A stretch of DNA of 64,000 bases from Verrucomicrobiota bacterium (lineage in GTDB: Bacteria > Verrucomicrobiota > Verrucomicrobiia > Limisphaerales > CANJXF01). Under the pieces are notes generated by a model, which was not told the origin of the DNA, searched no databases, and worked only from the letters and a program-made list of their open reading frames with translations. The stretch spans positions 1 through 64,000 of the forward strand of contig JBBQRQ010000004.1 of NCBI GenBank assembly GCA_038214755.1, written 5' to 3'. The translations under genes and the position numbers were made by a program. Shown here one piece after another: positions 9,230 to 19,289 of the stretch. Position 1 is the first letter of the stretch. Each line of letters starts with the position of its first letter.

Positions 9230-9547
9230 GTTGGTCTTTTTTTTGCGATGACCAGCCGCATTTGCAAACGGCAATTACCAATCGCCGCTTTGATTAATTT
9301 GAGAGAAGGAAGGTGAACGCTATTTGGCGGGGAAACTCCTTGCCGACCGCGGTTCCGGGCAACAGAGGTTAAAGGTCAAATAATTGTTAACTTCTCGTTT
9401 CTCAGCCTCAATGAACATCCGCACACGCGGCGCTCAGGCGACGTGGAAAATACGCGACGAAAGGAAGATGGCAAGGCGATTCTGCCTGCTTGCGTGGTGC
9501 CTATTGTCACGAAATCATTCGCCGCAGCTACACGCCAGCAACTACCG

Positions 9548-9752
9548 GGGTGTGATTAAAACTGGGCGGAGGTTGGAACCGATCTTATTTTGGACTGCGG
9601 GGACACGTCCCCGCTTTGGCTGCACGGTGGAAAAGCCGGAAAGGTTCTTCATTTTGCGCACTTGCTCCATCGCGGAACGTGCAGGAAAAGCGGCGTCATG
9701 CCGCCGCACTCCAAGAAACCAAATCTAGCCTCACCCGCTTTTAATCACACCC
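9548..9752. mobile_element. MITE, GGGTGTGATT-ended, copy 1 (cargo type A)
   Basis: TIR GGGTGTGATTAAAA/TTTTAATCACACCC; perfect 9-bp flanking duplication CAACTACCG. Confidence 0.9.
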
Positions 9753-9823
9753 CAACTACCGGGCGGCGCTAATTATTGTCGAAATGGATGGAGGGAATGT
9801 TTAGTTTCCGCCAGCTTAACGTT

Positions 9824-11659
9824 TTGAAATTTCTCGCCCCAGCCGCGTTCTGGTTCGCCGCCACGATTCCCGTCGTGGTGCTCTTCTATTTGCTCAAGCG
9901 CAAACGCATGGTGAAACTCGTTTCCAGCACGTTGCTCTGGCAAAAATTCCTCGCGGAAACTCAAGCCAACGCGCCGTTCCAAAAACTGCGGCACAACTGG
10001 CTTTTGCTTTTGCAATTGCTCCTTTTGCTTCTCGCGATTTTTGCGTTGAGCCGTCCGTATTTTGCGGGCGATTCAAAAAGTGCGGCCCTCCAGGTCGTGA
10101 TTCTCGACGCCTCAGCTTCGATGCAAAGCACTGACGAAACGCCCTCGCGTTTTGAGAAGGCGCGCGGCGAAGCGCTCAAAGCGGTGGGGGGGTTAACGAA
10201 TCAGAATCAAATGCTCATCCTGCAAGCGGCGGCCAATACCGAGGTAAAACAATCTGCTACCAGCAATAAATCGGCGTTGCGTCGCGCGCTCGAATCGTGC
10301 GCCGTCACCGATTCCACGACTCATTTGAAGGAAGCGTTGAAACTGGCCGAGACGTTGACGCGCGATCAGGCCGACGCCGAAATTCATTTGTTCAGCGACG
10401 GCGCGGTCGGCGACTTAAGTGAATTTGAAAACAAAGGTTTGCGGCTGGTTTATCATCGCGTCGGCGAGCGTTGCGACAATTTGGGAATCATCGCGCTCGA
10501 TGTTCGCTCCAATCCCGAGGACGCCAGCCAGCGCGCGATTTACACGAGCGCGCAAAATTTTTCGACGAATGCGCACGACGCCGAATTGGAACTCCGCTTT
10601 GAAAATCAACTCGTGGAAGTGCGCCCGTTGAAATTCGCGGCGGGAGAAACATTACCGCAAGTTTTTTTCGCGTCTCAGGCGAAGGACGGAATTTTCACAG
10701 TGAACCTCAAAGTAAAAGACGATTTGGCCGCCGACAATCAGGCCTCGATGTTCAGCCAATTGCCCCAGCCCATAAAAGTTTTGCTGGTGAGTCGCGGGAA
10801 TCGCTTTCTGGAAAAAGCGCTTCACACCGCCGCGAATGTCGAACTTTCTTCCGCTCAGGATTTGACCGATCCCGGCGCTGCGTTTGATCTCGTGGTGCTC
10901 GACGATATTTTTCCCGCTGCCTGGCCAAAAGGAAATGTGCTGGCGATTCACGTCGCAAACACGAATTGGTTCGACCGCATTTCCAAAATTGAAAACCCCG
11001 CCATCGTCGATTGGAAAAACACCCATCCACTTTTGCGCTACGTGAATTTCGACAACGTGCAAATCAGCGAAACGCTCTCCGTGAAAACACCGACGTGGGC
11101 GCTCTCGCTCGTGGACGCGCAACAAACGCCGCTCATTCTTGCCGGAGAACTCGCCCGCCAGAAAATTGTCTGGATCGGCTTCGACACTTTGCAAAGCACG
11201 TGGCCGTTGCGAATTTCGTTTCCCATTTTTATCGCGAACGCCGTCGAGTTTTTGAATCCGGCTTCGGCCAAGAACAGCCAGCTTTTCATTCACGCCGGTG
11301 AGCCATTTCGTTTTGCGCTCGTGCAAAATGCGAGCAGCGCCGAACTGACTTTGCCAGATGGAAAAAAGAGAAACCTGCCGATTGATTCAACCGCGCGCGA
11401 AATCGTTTTCGGTGACACGACGAAACAAGGGACTTATCGCCTGCGCGTCGGGACCAACGAAACTTCATTTTGCGTCAATCTCCTCGACGCCGCCGAAAGC
11501 AACACCAAACCGAAAGCCGAATTGCAGTTTGGAAAATATTCCAAAGTCGAAGCGACAACATTGAAGCGCGCCAACATGGAATTGTGGCGCTGGATCGCAG
11601 CGGTCGCGCTGGCGGTGCTGCTGTTCGAGTGGTGGTATTACCATCGGAGGACGGCGTGA
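9824..11659 (+). CDS. BatA-like N-terminal double-TM + VWA domain protein
   Basis: PVVVLFYLLKRKR...SSTLLW (BatA), MIDAS DASASM, LFSDG, C-terminal ELWRW...LLFEWW; start uncertain (TTG 9824 or an upstream ATG). Confidence 0.88.
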   Translation: MKFLAPAAFWFAATIPVVVLFYLLKRKRMVKLVSSTLLWQKFLAETQANAPFQKLRHNWLLLLQLLLLLLAIFALSRPYFAGDSKSAALQVVILDASASMQSTDETPSRFEKARGEALKAVGGLTNQNQMLILQAAANTEVKQSATSNKSALRRALESCAVTDSTTHLKEALKLAETLTRDQADAEIHLFSDGAVGDLSEFENKGLRLVYHRVGERCDNLGIIALDVRSNPEDASQRAIYTSAQNFSTNAHDAELELRFENQLVEVRPLKFAAGETLPQVFFASQAKDGIFTVNLKVKDDLAADNQASMFSQLPQPIKVLLVSRGNRFLEKALHTAANVELSSAQDLTDPGAAFDLVVLDDIFPAAWPKGNVLAIHVANTNWFDRISKIENPAIVDWKNTHPLLRYVNFDNVQISETLSVKTPTWALSLVDAQQTPLILAGELARQKIVWIGFDTLQSTWPLRISFPIFIANAVEFLNPASAKNSQLFIHAGEPFRFALVQNASSAELTLPDGKKRNLPIDSTAREIVFGDTTKQGTYRLRVGTNETSFCVNLLDAAESNTKPKAELQFGKYSKVEATTLKRANMELWRWIAAVALAVLLFEWWYYHRRTA

Positions 11660-11737
11660 GGGATCTAGGATTTACGATTTACGATTGGGGATTCTGTTGT
11701 GCGCCGATGGTAGGGCGCGCCACTCCGTGCGCGCCGT
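11659..11737. repeat. Heptamer run (GATTTAC) and a GTAGGGCGCGCC...GCGCGCC REP-like hairpin
   Basis: GGATTTACGATTTACGATT; GTAGGGCGCGCCACTCCGTGCGCGCC. Confidence 0.6.
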
Positions 11738-11748
11738 CTGCGCGAATG

Positions 11749-11982
11749 TTACGAGGATTTCGAGTTGGCGCGCGAGCGGCCTTTCATGCTGAGGGAACTG
11801 ATCAAATCCATGTCGAGAATTTGAATTCCAGAATCAGGCAGCGCGACGACGACAGTGCTTTTGTCCCGCGTGAGAAGAACTTGTTCGGGGTGATCCACGT
11901 CAACCGATCTGCCGTCAATGTGAATCGTAAACCGGCGAAAAGGGGTGTGGTTCAAAGTGGATTCAAAGTCATCTGCTTTCAT
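11749..11982 (-). CDS. Small hypothetical protein (PF..F.IH.DG....V.HP family), paralog of 23998-24222
   Basis: 77 aa; aligns without gaps to the 23998 ORF. Confidence 0.8.
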   Translation of the reverse strand: MKADDFESTLNHTPFRRFTIHIDGRSVDVDHPEQVLLTRDKSTVVVALPDSGIQILDMDLISSLSMKGRSRANSKSS

Positions 11983-12167
11983 GTCGGGAGAGTAACACAA
12001 AACATTTGTGCGGCAATCCAGCAGTCGGAGAGTAGGAATTTAGGATTTCGGATTTTCGATTTACGCGTTGAATCCAGTCCAAATAGCTTCGTGAGGAGCG
12101 ACATGTTTGTAGCCAGCGCCTCGAGTAATAACCCGAAGCCCCATCGGGTCGGCGTGAGGAGGGCGCA

Positions 12168-13163
12168 GTGAGTTCCGGAAAGGAAAAGAAAAAAGATGAG
12201 TGGTTTAAAGATTGGCTGAATGCAAATAGCTTTTGGGCTGGCGCGCCGCTTCTGGTCATTCCCGCGATTCTGATCGCAATGCTGATGTCGAGTCTCTTTA
12301 AGACTACGGAAAAGCTGAAAAGCCAAGTTGTTGTTTATACTTCCCAAGACCAAACCTACGCCGAACCAATTTTCCAGGACTTCACCAAACAAACTGGAAT
12401 CAAAGTTCGCACGGTTTACGACAACGAAGCGGTGAAAACCGTTGGACTCGTCAATCGTTTGCTCGCCGAAAAAAATCATCCGCAATGCGACGTGTTTTGG
12501 AACAACGAAGAATTCCGCACACGTCAACTCGCTGCGCAAAATGTTTTTCGCGAGACTAATTCATGGACCGCGTTCGGTTATCGCAGTCGGCGAATTGTTG
12601 TTCCCACAAATTCCACGAATGCGCCGCAAAATCTTTTCGAACTCACGAACAAAATCTGGCGCGGAAAAACCGCGTTTGCTTATCCGCTTTTCGGCACGAC
12701 CGCGACGCATTTCCTCACGCTTCGCCAGCATTGGGGTGATGAAAAGTGGCAAAATTGGTGTCGCGGTTTGCAGGCGAACAAACCGTTTCTCGTTGATGGA
12801 AATTCGGTTGTCGCGAAATTCGTCCGGCAGGGCGAAGCCTCCGTTGGGTTGACTGATTCCGACGACATTGCCGCCGAAAATCGCGACGGCGGAAACTTAA
12901 AAGCGCTTCCGATCAACGCGGAAACTCTTTTGATTCCAAACACAGTTGCCGTGATTCGCGACGCACCGCATCCCGAAGCTGCCGAAAAACTTGTTCAATT
13001 TCTGCAAAGCCGCGAAGTCATTGAAAAGTTGATTGCGGCCAACGCCATCGAAGGAGCGTCGCGGGACGATGTGAAGACTCCGACGCTGAAACCAAATTGG
13101 GAAAAGCTTCTCCTGGATTTGGACGTGGCAACAATGGAGTTGAAAGAGATTTTCCTGCGATGA
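12168..13163 (+). CDS. ABC transporter substrate-binding protein, Fe3+/thiamine (FbpA/AfuA-like) class
   Basis: VVVYTSQDQ.YAEPI...F...TGIKV, L.AEK..PQCDVFW, GLTDSDD, IPNTVAVI..APHPEAAEKL. Confidence 0.88.
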   Translation: MSSGKEKKKDEWFKDWLNANSFWAGAPLLVIPAILIAMLMSSLFKTTEKLKSQVVVYTSQDQTYAEPIFQDFTKQTGIKVRTVYDNEAVKTVGLVNRLLAEKNHPQCDVFWNNEEFRTRQLAAQNVFRETNSWTAFGYRSRRIVVPTNSTNAPQNLFELTNKIWRGKTAFAYPLFGTTATHFLTLRQHWGDEKWQNWCRGLQANKPFLVDGNSVVAKFVRQGEASVGLTDSDDIAAENRDGGNLKALPINAETLLIPNTVAVIRDAPHPEAAEKLVQFLQSREVIEKLIAANAIEGASRDDVKTPTLKPNWEKLLLDLDVATMELKEIFLR

Positions 13164-13184
13164 GAGGCCAGGGCAACAACGGTC

Positions 13185-13290
13185 GTAACCGCCGACGTGA
13201 GGAGGCGGATCGGTATCATGTCGTCAGAGCGCGGACTTTCTCGTCCGCGAGTCGCGCACAGAACACGCGGACGAGAACGTCCGCGCTCCG
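13185..13290. repeat. REP cluster (GTAACCGCCGACGTGAGGAGGCGG plus a GAGCGCGGAC...GTCCGCGCTCC doublet)
   Basis: Families recur at 32706, 43044, 49672 and 15832-15926. Confidence 0.75.
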
Positions 13291-13302
13291 TTTCGCCACG
13301 AT

Positions 13303-16086
13303 ATGAACTGGCCGCTTCTTCAAAACAGTTTGCTCGTGGCCGGACTGACCACGCTCGCCTCCACGCTGCTTGGATTTTTTTCCTCTCTCTGGCTCGCGGG
13401 ATTGCCACCGCGCTGGAGAAAATTATTTTTAGTTTTTGCAATCATCGCCGTCGCGCTCCCGCCATTTTTGGTGACGAATTGCTGGCTGCATTTACTTGGG
13501 CTGACGGGAATCTGGCGAAGCTGGCTTTCGCTGAACATTCTTTCCCTCGGCGGAACAATTTGGATTCTGATTTTGATGACTTGGCCGATCACGTTGTTTT
13601 TCGTGCTGGCCGCGTGGCGGAAATTGGAACAATCGCAACTCGAAATTGATCCGTTGCTCCGAGCTGGTTCACTGATTAAATGGCTTCTTCTTCCGACCGC
13701 GCGAGCGGCGTTGGCCCAAGCAGCCGCCGTGACGTTCATTTTGTCGCTGAACAATTTCGCCGTCCCCGCGATTTTACAGGTGAAAGTTTTTCCGGCGGAA
13801 GTCTGGGTCAATTTCAACACGACGTTCGATTACGTTTCCGCTCTAAAATTAAGCTGGCCGATGATTCTCGCGCCTTTTCTTTTATTGTTGGTTTTTCGCG
13901 AGCGACAAAACGTTTGGACTTCACGGCGCAACGCAGTTTCTCCTCTGCAATTTCGTCGGCAACTCGGTAGCGTTTGGTTTTTTCTCGGCGGACTCTTTTT
14001 TTTCGTCGCCGTTTTTTTCTCGATGCTGCCGATTGCTCAACTTGTCTTTGCCGCGAGTACCTGGACAAGTTTTTTGCCGGCGTTGACTGCCGGCAAAAGC
14101 GCGCTGATGCATTCGTTCGGCCTGGCCGCGCTTGGAGCCACGCTGATCGTTCTCGTCGCGCTGACGAGTTGGCGTCTGCCTGCTGGAATTATTTTATGGA
14201 TTCCATTTTTAATTCCCGGGGTGCTTTTGGGAATTTCGTTGATCGCGTTGTTTAATCGCCCGCCGTTCATCGCGTTCTATCAAAGCATCGGAATCGTCGT
14301 CGTAGGTTTTGCGATTCGCTACGCTGCGCCGGGTTGGAATCTTGTGGCGCATTCACTTCGCACCACAGATCGAAATCTCACTGATGCCGCCCGTTTGGAA
14401 GGCGCGAATGGCTGGCAACTTTTTTGGCGCGTTCAGTTGCCGCAAGTTTTTCCGCAACTCTGCGTGGCGTGGTATGTGGGCTACCTGTTTTGTCTTTGGG
14501 ACGTGGAAACGCTGGTGTTAATCGTGCCGCCGGGAAGCGAAACGATTTCTTTGCGCATTTTTAATTTATTGCATTACGGACACAACAGTCAGGTGAACGC
14601 GCTGTGTGTTTTGTTGCTCGTGCTGGCGGTGTTGCCCCTCGTAGTAGCCGTTTTGGCAACGACGGTTATTTCAATTCGAAATCCGAAATCCGAAATCCCG
14701 AAATCCGAAAGAAGACCGAAATCCGAATACCGAAAACGATCCTCGGATAGTCCCGAGAAAAGTGATTCGCCGCCGTCAGACTTCCGCAACACTTTCGGCT
14801 TTCGGGCTTCGGATTTCTTTCGGATTTCGGATTTCGGATTTCGGATTTTACGTTCAAACGCGCTTCTTGCGGGTGCGATAATTTTTTTATTCGGCTGCTC
14901 CGCTTCTGAAACTGTTCAGAAGGAAATTCATGTCCAAAGCAAAATTTTCAGTCGCGTTGAAATCATCGGCGCGCGCGGAACGGGTCTTGGTCAATTCAAC
15001 AAACCGCGTTCGCTGGCGTTGGACAAAGAGGACAATTTGTTCGTGGTGGACATGACGGGGCGCGTGCAAAAATTTTCTTCGAGCGGAATTTTTCTCGCGA
15101 GTTGGCAGATGCCGCAAACCGATTTAGGCAAACCAAAAGGAATGTGCCGCGACAGCGACGGAAATATTGTTGTCGTTGAACCGCATTATTCGCGAGTGAA
15201 CCATTTTTCTCCCGGCAGAAAACTCATTTCACAATGGGGAATTCACGGCACAAACGGAGGGCAGCTTGCGTTTCCCCGCTCCGTCGCGGCCAATTCGCTC
15301 GGAGAAATTTTCGTAAGCGAATATGGGCTGACGGAACGCGTTCAGAAATTTTCAAAAAACGGTGGGCGATTTTTAATTTCGTTTGGAAAACCCGGAGATG
15401 GTGCTGGAGAGTTCAACCGCGCGGAGGGTTTGGGCATTGATTCCAAAGACCAAATTTATGTCGCAGATTCTTGCAATCATCGTATCCAGATTTTTTCGAG
15501 CGGCGGAAAATTTTTGGCTAGTTATGGCAAGGCGGGAAACGGAGTGGGAGAGCTAAGTTATCCCTACGATGTTCGCGTTGATGCGACTGGCTTGCAGTTC
15601 GTCTGCGAGTTTGGAAACAGTCGCATTCAAATTTTCGATGCGAAGAATCAGCCGCTGGAAATTTTGGGAGAGGTTGGCGCGGCACCCGGACAATTCGCAA
15701 ACCCGTGGAGCCTCGATTTGGATTCGCGCGGAAATCTGTATGTCGCCGATGCATTGAATCATCGCGTCCAGAAATTTATTCGGCTCGACCGGGTAGCATC
15801 TGCCTCCGGCGGGTGCGGAATCAAAGGGCCCGGAGCGCGGACAGCCATGTCCGCGAGTTTGGATATGGAAAAAAACTTAAGCGTTCGCACTATTCTTGAT
15901 TCGCGCGGACATGGCTATCCGCGCTCCTTTTCGTTTGGGCAATACGCGTGTGTCGCATACGAGCAGGACGCAAATATTATCCAAAGGTTCACGCACCCGC
16001 CAGAGGCAGATGCTACCCGGACGATTTCGCACCCGCCAGAGGCAGATGCTACCCGGTCGCGGCAGGAAACACTCGCTAACCGATGA
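13303..16086 (+). CDS. FbpB-like double-domain ABC permease fused to an NHL-repeat beta-propeller
   Basis: Two BPD_transp_1 halves (DAARLEGA EAA loop), then G.G.GQF..P..LA.D...N..V.D....RVQKF repeats. Confidence 0.85.
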   Translation: MNWPLLQNSLLVAGLTTLASTLLGFFSSLWLAGLPPRWRKLFLVFAIIAVALPPFLVTNCWLHLLGLTGIWRSWLSLNILSLGGTIWILILMTWPITLFFVLAAWRKLEQSQLEIDPLLRAGSLIKWLLLPTARAALAQAAAVTFILSLNNFAVPAILQVKVFPAEVWVNFNTTFDYVSALKLSWPMILAPFLLLLVFRERQNVWTSRRNAVSPLQFRRQLGSVWFFLGGLFFFVAVFFSMLPIAQLVFAASTWTSFLPALTAGKSALMHSFGLAALGATLIVLVALTSWRLPAGIILWIPFLIPGVLLGISLIALFNRPPFIAFYQSIGIVVVGFAIRYAAPGWNLVAHSLRTTDRNLTDAARLEGANGWQLFWRVQLPQVFPQLCVAWYVGYLFCLWDVETLVLIVPPGSETISLRIFNLLHYGHNSQVNALCVLLLVLAVLPLVVAVLATTVISIRNPKSEIPKSERRPKSEYRKRSSDSPEKSDSPPSDFRNTFGFRASDFFRISDFGFRILRSNALLAGAIIFLFGCSASETVQKEIHVQSKIFSRVEIIGARGTGLGQFNKPRSLALDKEDNLFVVDMTGRVQKFSSSGIFLASWQMPQTDLGKPKGMCRDSDGNIVVVEPHYSRVNHFSPGRKLISQWGIHGTNGGQLAFPRSVAANSLGEIFVSEYGLTERVQKFSKNGGRFLISFGKPGDGAGEFNRAEGLGIDSKDQIYVADSCNHRIQIFSSGGKFLASYGKAGNGVGELSYPYDVRVDATGLQFVCEFGNSRIQIFDAKNQPLEILGEVGAAPGQFANPWSLDLDSRGNLYVADALNHRVQKFIRLDRVASASGGCGIKGPGARTAMSASLDMEKNLSVRTILDSRGHGYPRSFSFGQYACVAYEQDANIIQRFTHPPEADATRTISHPPEADATRSRQETLANR
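14673..14849. repeat. Heptamer-based inverted element (CCGAAAT)n...(ATTTCGG)n, in frame within the permease-NHL gene
   Basis: Same element is intergenic at 41376-41509 and partial at 18971-19025. Confidence 0.9.
15791..16054. repeat. Nested REPs: GGGTAGCATCTGCCTCCGGCGGGTGCG family (1 forward, 2 reverse copies) enclosing a GGAGCGCGGAC doublet
   Basis: Direct sequence comparison; translated as the C-terminal tail (HPPEADATR twice). Confidence 0.88.
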
Positions 16087-18968
16087 ACTTCCAATTCGCC
16101 AATCCACTTTATTTGTTGCTGCTCGCTCCGGCGATGGCGTGGGTGATTTGGCTGGCGTGGAAATCGGATGTGCAAATCACTGCGTGGCGGCGTTGGGTCG
16201 CGTTTTTTTTACGAATCATCATTCTGCTCGCGTTAGTGTTGGCGATTGCAGGTCTGCAATGGAAAAAACCGCTCGAAGGGATGAACGTTTTCTTTTTGTT
16301 GGATCGCTCAGACAGCGTTCCTTCTTCGCAACAGGAAGCGGCGCGTGAGATGGTCAACAAATTTTCCGCGCAAAAAAAAGTGACGGACAAGGCCGGCGTG
16401 CTCGTCTTTGGAACCGACGCTGGAATTGAGTCCACGCCCAATGCCGCGGTCAATTTGACAAAAATTCAGGCCATCGTCGGCACGGAACGCACGGATATTT
16501 CCGGCGCGATTCGTCTCGGCACGGCGGCGTTTCCTGAGACTGGACAGAAGCGTCTCGTCCTTTTTTCCGACGGAAACGAAAACATCGGCGACGCCAGCGC
16601 CGCATTGCTCTCCGCCAAAACTCTCGGCGCGACGCTCGACGTGGTGCCGCTCGGCATTGCGCGCGCGAACGACGTTTCGGTGCAAAAACTCGGGTTGCCC
16701 GGCAACGTAAAAAAAGGGACGGCGTTTGAAGTTAAAATTTTTGCGCAAGCCGATCAGGCGCAGAGCGCGACGGTCCGCCTCTATCGCAATGAACAGTTTC
16801 TCGGCGAACAAAAAGTCGAACTAGTCGCTGGGAAAAATCTTTTCACGTTTCCGCAGACGTTGAACGAGCCCGGTTTTTACAGCTACAACGTGCAATTGGA
16901 AGCGCCGGGCGATTTGTTGCCGCAAAATAATCGCGCCAGCAGTTTTGTGCATGTGCGCGGGAATCCTCGCGTGCTGATTATCTCCAGCGAACCGAAACCG
17001 GATGCGCAATTGGTCGCCGCGTTGCAATCGTCGAAGCTCGAAGTGAAGTCAGTGGAGGTGAGCGGATTTCCTTCGACCCTCGCCGAGATCCAAAGTTACG
17101 ACACGATTTTTCTGAGCAACGTTTCCGCCGGCGATCTCGGAACGGATTCGATGAAACTTCTTGAAAGCGCCGTGCGCGATTTCGGCGTTGGCTTGGTTTG
17201 CGTCGGCGGAGATCAAACTTACGCGGCGGGGAGTTATCGAGGGACTCCGCTTGAAGCGACCTTGCCGGTCGAAATGGAACTCAACAGTAAAAAAGTTTTG
17301 CCAAGCGGCGCGCTCGTGTTGGTGGTCCACGCGACGGAATTTCCCAACGGAAATCAATGGGCGCGCGACATTGCTTTTGCCGCGTTGGATTCGCTGGGGC
17401 CGCGCGACGAAATGGGAATTGTTTTGTGGGACGGACGAAATCGCTGGCTGTATGACCTGGCGAAAGTCGGCGACAAAAAAGAGATGGGTAAACAAATCAC
17501 GGGGATGAATCCGGGTGACATGGGAGATTTTCAGGGGCCGATGGTGATGGCGCATGAGTCGCTGAAAAAATCGACGGCGAATTTGAAACACATGGTCGTG
17601 TTTAGCGACGGAGACCCTGCCGCACCCAAACAACAGCTCGTGCAGGATATTGTCGCCGACAAAATCACGATCAGCACCGTGATGATTGGCGGGCACGTCT
17701 CCCCCGAGACGATGACGTGGATGGCGGACCAGGGACGCGGACGCTTTTACGATGTGCGTTCGCCCGGAGAGTTGCCGCAAATTTTTATCAAGGAAGCGGC
17801 GGTGATTTTGAAGTCGGCAATTTTCGAGGAGCCGTTCAAGCCGCAACTCTCCAGTTCGAGCGAAATGTTGCGCGGCATCGGCGCGGCGGAATATCCGCAA
17901 CTGCGCGGCTACGTCTGCACGACGCCGAAAGCGCGCGCGGAAATTCCTCTCGTCACCGACAAAGGCGATCCGTTGCTCGCTCACTGGCAATACGGTTTGG
18001 GTCGCGCGGTGGCGTTCACTTCGGATGCGAAAGCGAAGTGGGCGACCGATTGGATTGGATGGGGAAAATTTCGGCAATTTTGGTCGCAGGTCGCGCAATG
18101 GAGTTTGCGCCGAATTGAGAACGAGGATTTCAACACGGAAGTTTCGGTGGACAAAGGCGAGGGACAAATCAGCGTCGAGGCAATTGATGCGCAGGGAAAT
18201 TTTCGAAATTTTTTAAATCTACAAACCGTCGTGGTCAGCCCGAAAGGCGAACGGCAAACGGTGCGCCTGGAGCAAACGGGGCCCGGACATTATGAAGCGA
18301 AATTCCCGACGAAGGAAGTGGGCGCGTATTTGATGAACCTGATGGATTTGAAGGATGGCGAATTGCGCGGCTCGCAAATTCTGGGCGCGAGCGTGAATTA
18401 TTCGCCGGAGTTCAGCGCGTCGGAACCGAACCTCAATTTGTTGCGGCGTTTGGCAGAAAGCGGCGGTGGAAAAATTTTGGAGCCGGGAATTGACAATCCA
18501 TTTTTGCATAACAGGCTGAAAACTTTTCAGCCGCGCGATTTGTGGGAATGGCTTTTAAAGTTCGCGATTATTTTATTCCCGCTCGATGTGGCGGTGCGCC
18601 GAATTCAGCTTGATCGCGAAGAGTGGTTGAAGGCGACACGGACGTTGCGCCGTTGGATTTTATTTTGGAAACCGGTTCCGCGTCCCGTGCAGGCCGATGA
18701 ATCCCTGGCCGCATTGCTGAACCGCCGAGATGAAGTCCGCGCCCGAAAAATTGAAACGCGTTTCCCGAAAGATATTTTAACAACGCAAGCCGATCCAGAT
18801 TTGTTCAAGCCGAAGGCAGCGGTAAAAATTGAATCTGCGACCGAGACGGAAACGACGACGGTTGAAACGGGAAAAAAGAAAACCAAAACCCCGCAAAACA
18901 CGGCGAGCCATTTGTTGGAAGCAAAACGGCGCGCGCGAAAAAATCTGGAGCAGCCGCCGGAAGAATAA
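16083..18968 (+). CDS. Membrane protein with VWA domains and a glutamine-amidotransferase-like (GATase1_like) region
   Basis: F.NP.YLLLL N-terminus, DRSDS MIDAS, LFSDGNEN, GGDQTY..G.Y..TPLE..LPV, WQYGLGRAVAFTSD. Confidence 0.85.
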   Translation: MNFQFANPLYLLLLAPAMAWVIWLAWKSDVQITAWRRWVAFFLRIIILLALVLAIAGLQWKKPLEGMNVFFLLDRSDSVPSSQQEAAREMVNKFSAQKKVTDKAGVLVFGTDAGIESTPNAAVNLTKIQAIVGTERTDISGAIRLGTAAFPETGQKRLVLFSDGNENIGDASAALLSAKTLGATLDVVPLGIARANDVSVQKLGLPGNVKKGTAFEVKIFAQADQAQSATVRLYRNEQFLGEQKVELVAGKNLFTFPQTLNEPGFYSYNVQLEAPGDLLPQNNRASSFVHVRGNPRVLIISSEPKPDAQLVAALQSSKLEVKSVEVSGFPSTLAEIQSYDTIFLSNVSAGDLGTDSMKLLESAVRDFGVGLVCVGGDQTYAAGSYRGTPLEATLPVEMELNSKKVLPSGALVLVVHATEFPNGNQWARDIAFAALDSLGPRDEMGIVLWDGRNRWLYDLAKVGDKKEMGKQITGMNPGDMGDFQGPMVMAHESLKKSTANLKHMVVFSDGDPAAPKQQLVQDIVADKITISTVMIGGHVSPETMTWMADQGRGRFYDVRSPGELPQIFIKEAAVILKSAIFEEPFKPQLSSSSEMLRGIGAAEYPQLRGYVCTTPKARAEIPLVTDKGDPLLAHWQYGLGRAVAFTSDAKAKWATDWIGWGKFRQFWSQVAQWSLRRIENEDFNTEVSVDKGEGQISVEAIDAQGNFRNFLNLQTVVVSPKGERQTVRLEQTGPGHYEAKFPTKEVGAYLMNLMDLKDGELRGSQILGASVNYSPEFSASEPNLNLLRRLAESGGGKILEPGIDNPFLHNRLKTFQPRDLWEWLLKFAIILFPLDVAVRRIQLDREEWLKATRTLRRWILFWKPVPRPVQADESLAALLNRRDEVRARKIETRFPKDILTTQADPDLFKPKAAVKIESATETETTTVETGKKKTKTPQNTASHLLEAKRRARKNLEQPPEE

Positions 18969-18970
18969 TT

Positions 18971-19157
18971 CCGGAAATCCGAAATCCGAATCCCCGCAAT
19001 CCGAAAGAAGCCCGAACACCGGAACGGACTTCCGTCCCAAAATTGAACTCCGCGGAGCGCGGCGTTTACGCCGCTTCGGCTCACGAGGGCAGGAAATTTC
19101 AATTCATCCCACGAACTCAAACGTGCGCGTTGATGCGGCGTGAACGCCGCGCCCCTC
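18971..19157. repeat. Heptamer element half plus a GGAGCGCGGCGTTTACGCCGC REP doublet
   Basis: GAAATCCGAAATCCGAA; GCGGCGTTTACGCCGC...GCGGCGTGAACGCCGC. Confidence 0.7.
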
Positions 19158-19289
19158 CATTCGGACAACACGCATGTGATAATGCCGTTGCGACTGGCCG
19201 TGACGTATTTGGAACTTGCCCGTTTCGAGGTAAAAGGGAATTCTCAGCGGGCCACCTTCATCACTAAAACCGAACTCCCAATATTTATT

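Noticed and set aside
9189..9281. Long N-terminal extension of RpsA in the ORF track
   Set aside because: Passes through a REP palindrome; the S1-like sequence begins at MLTMEE
15992..16054. Two direct 27-nt repeats as a mini-CRISPR
   Set aside because: Spacer is only 9 nt, the unit is a dispersed REP family, and there are no cas genes
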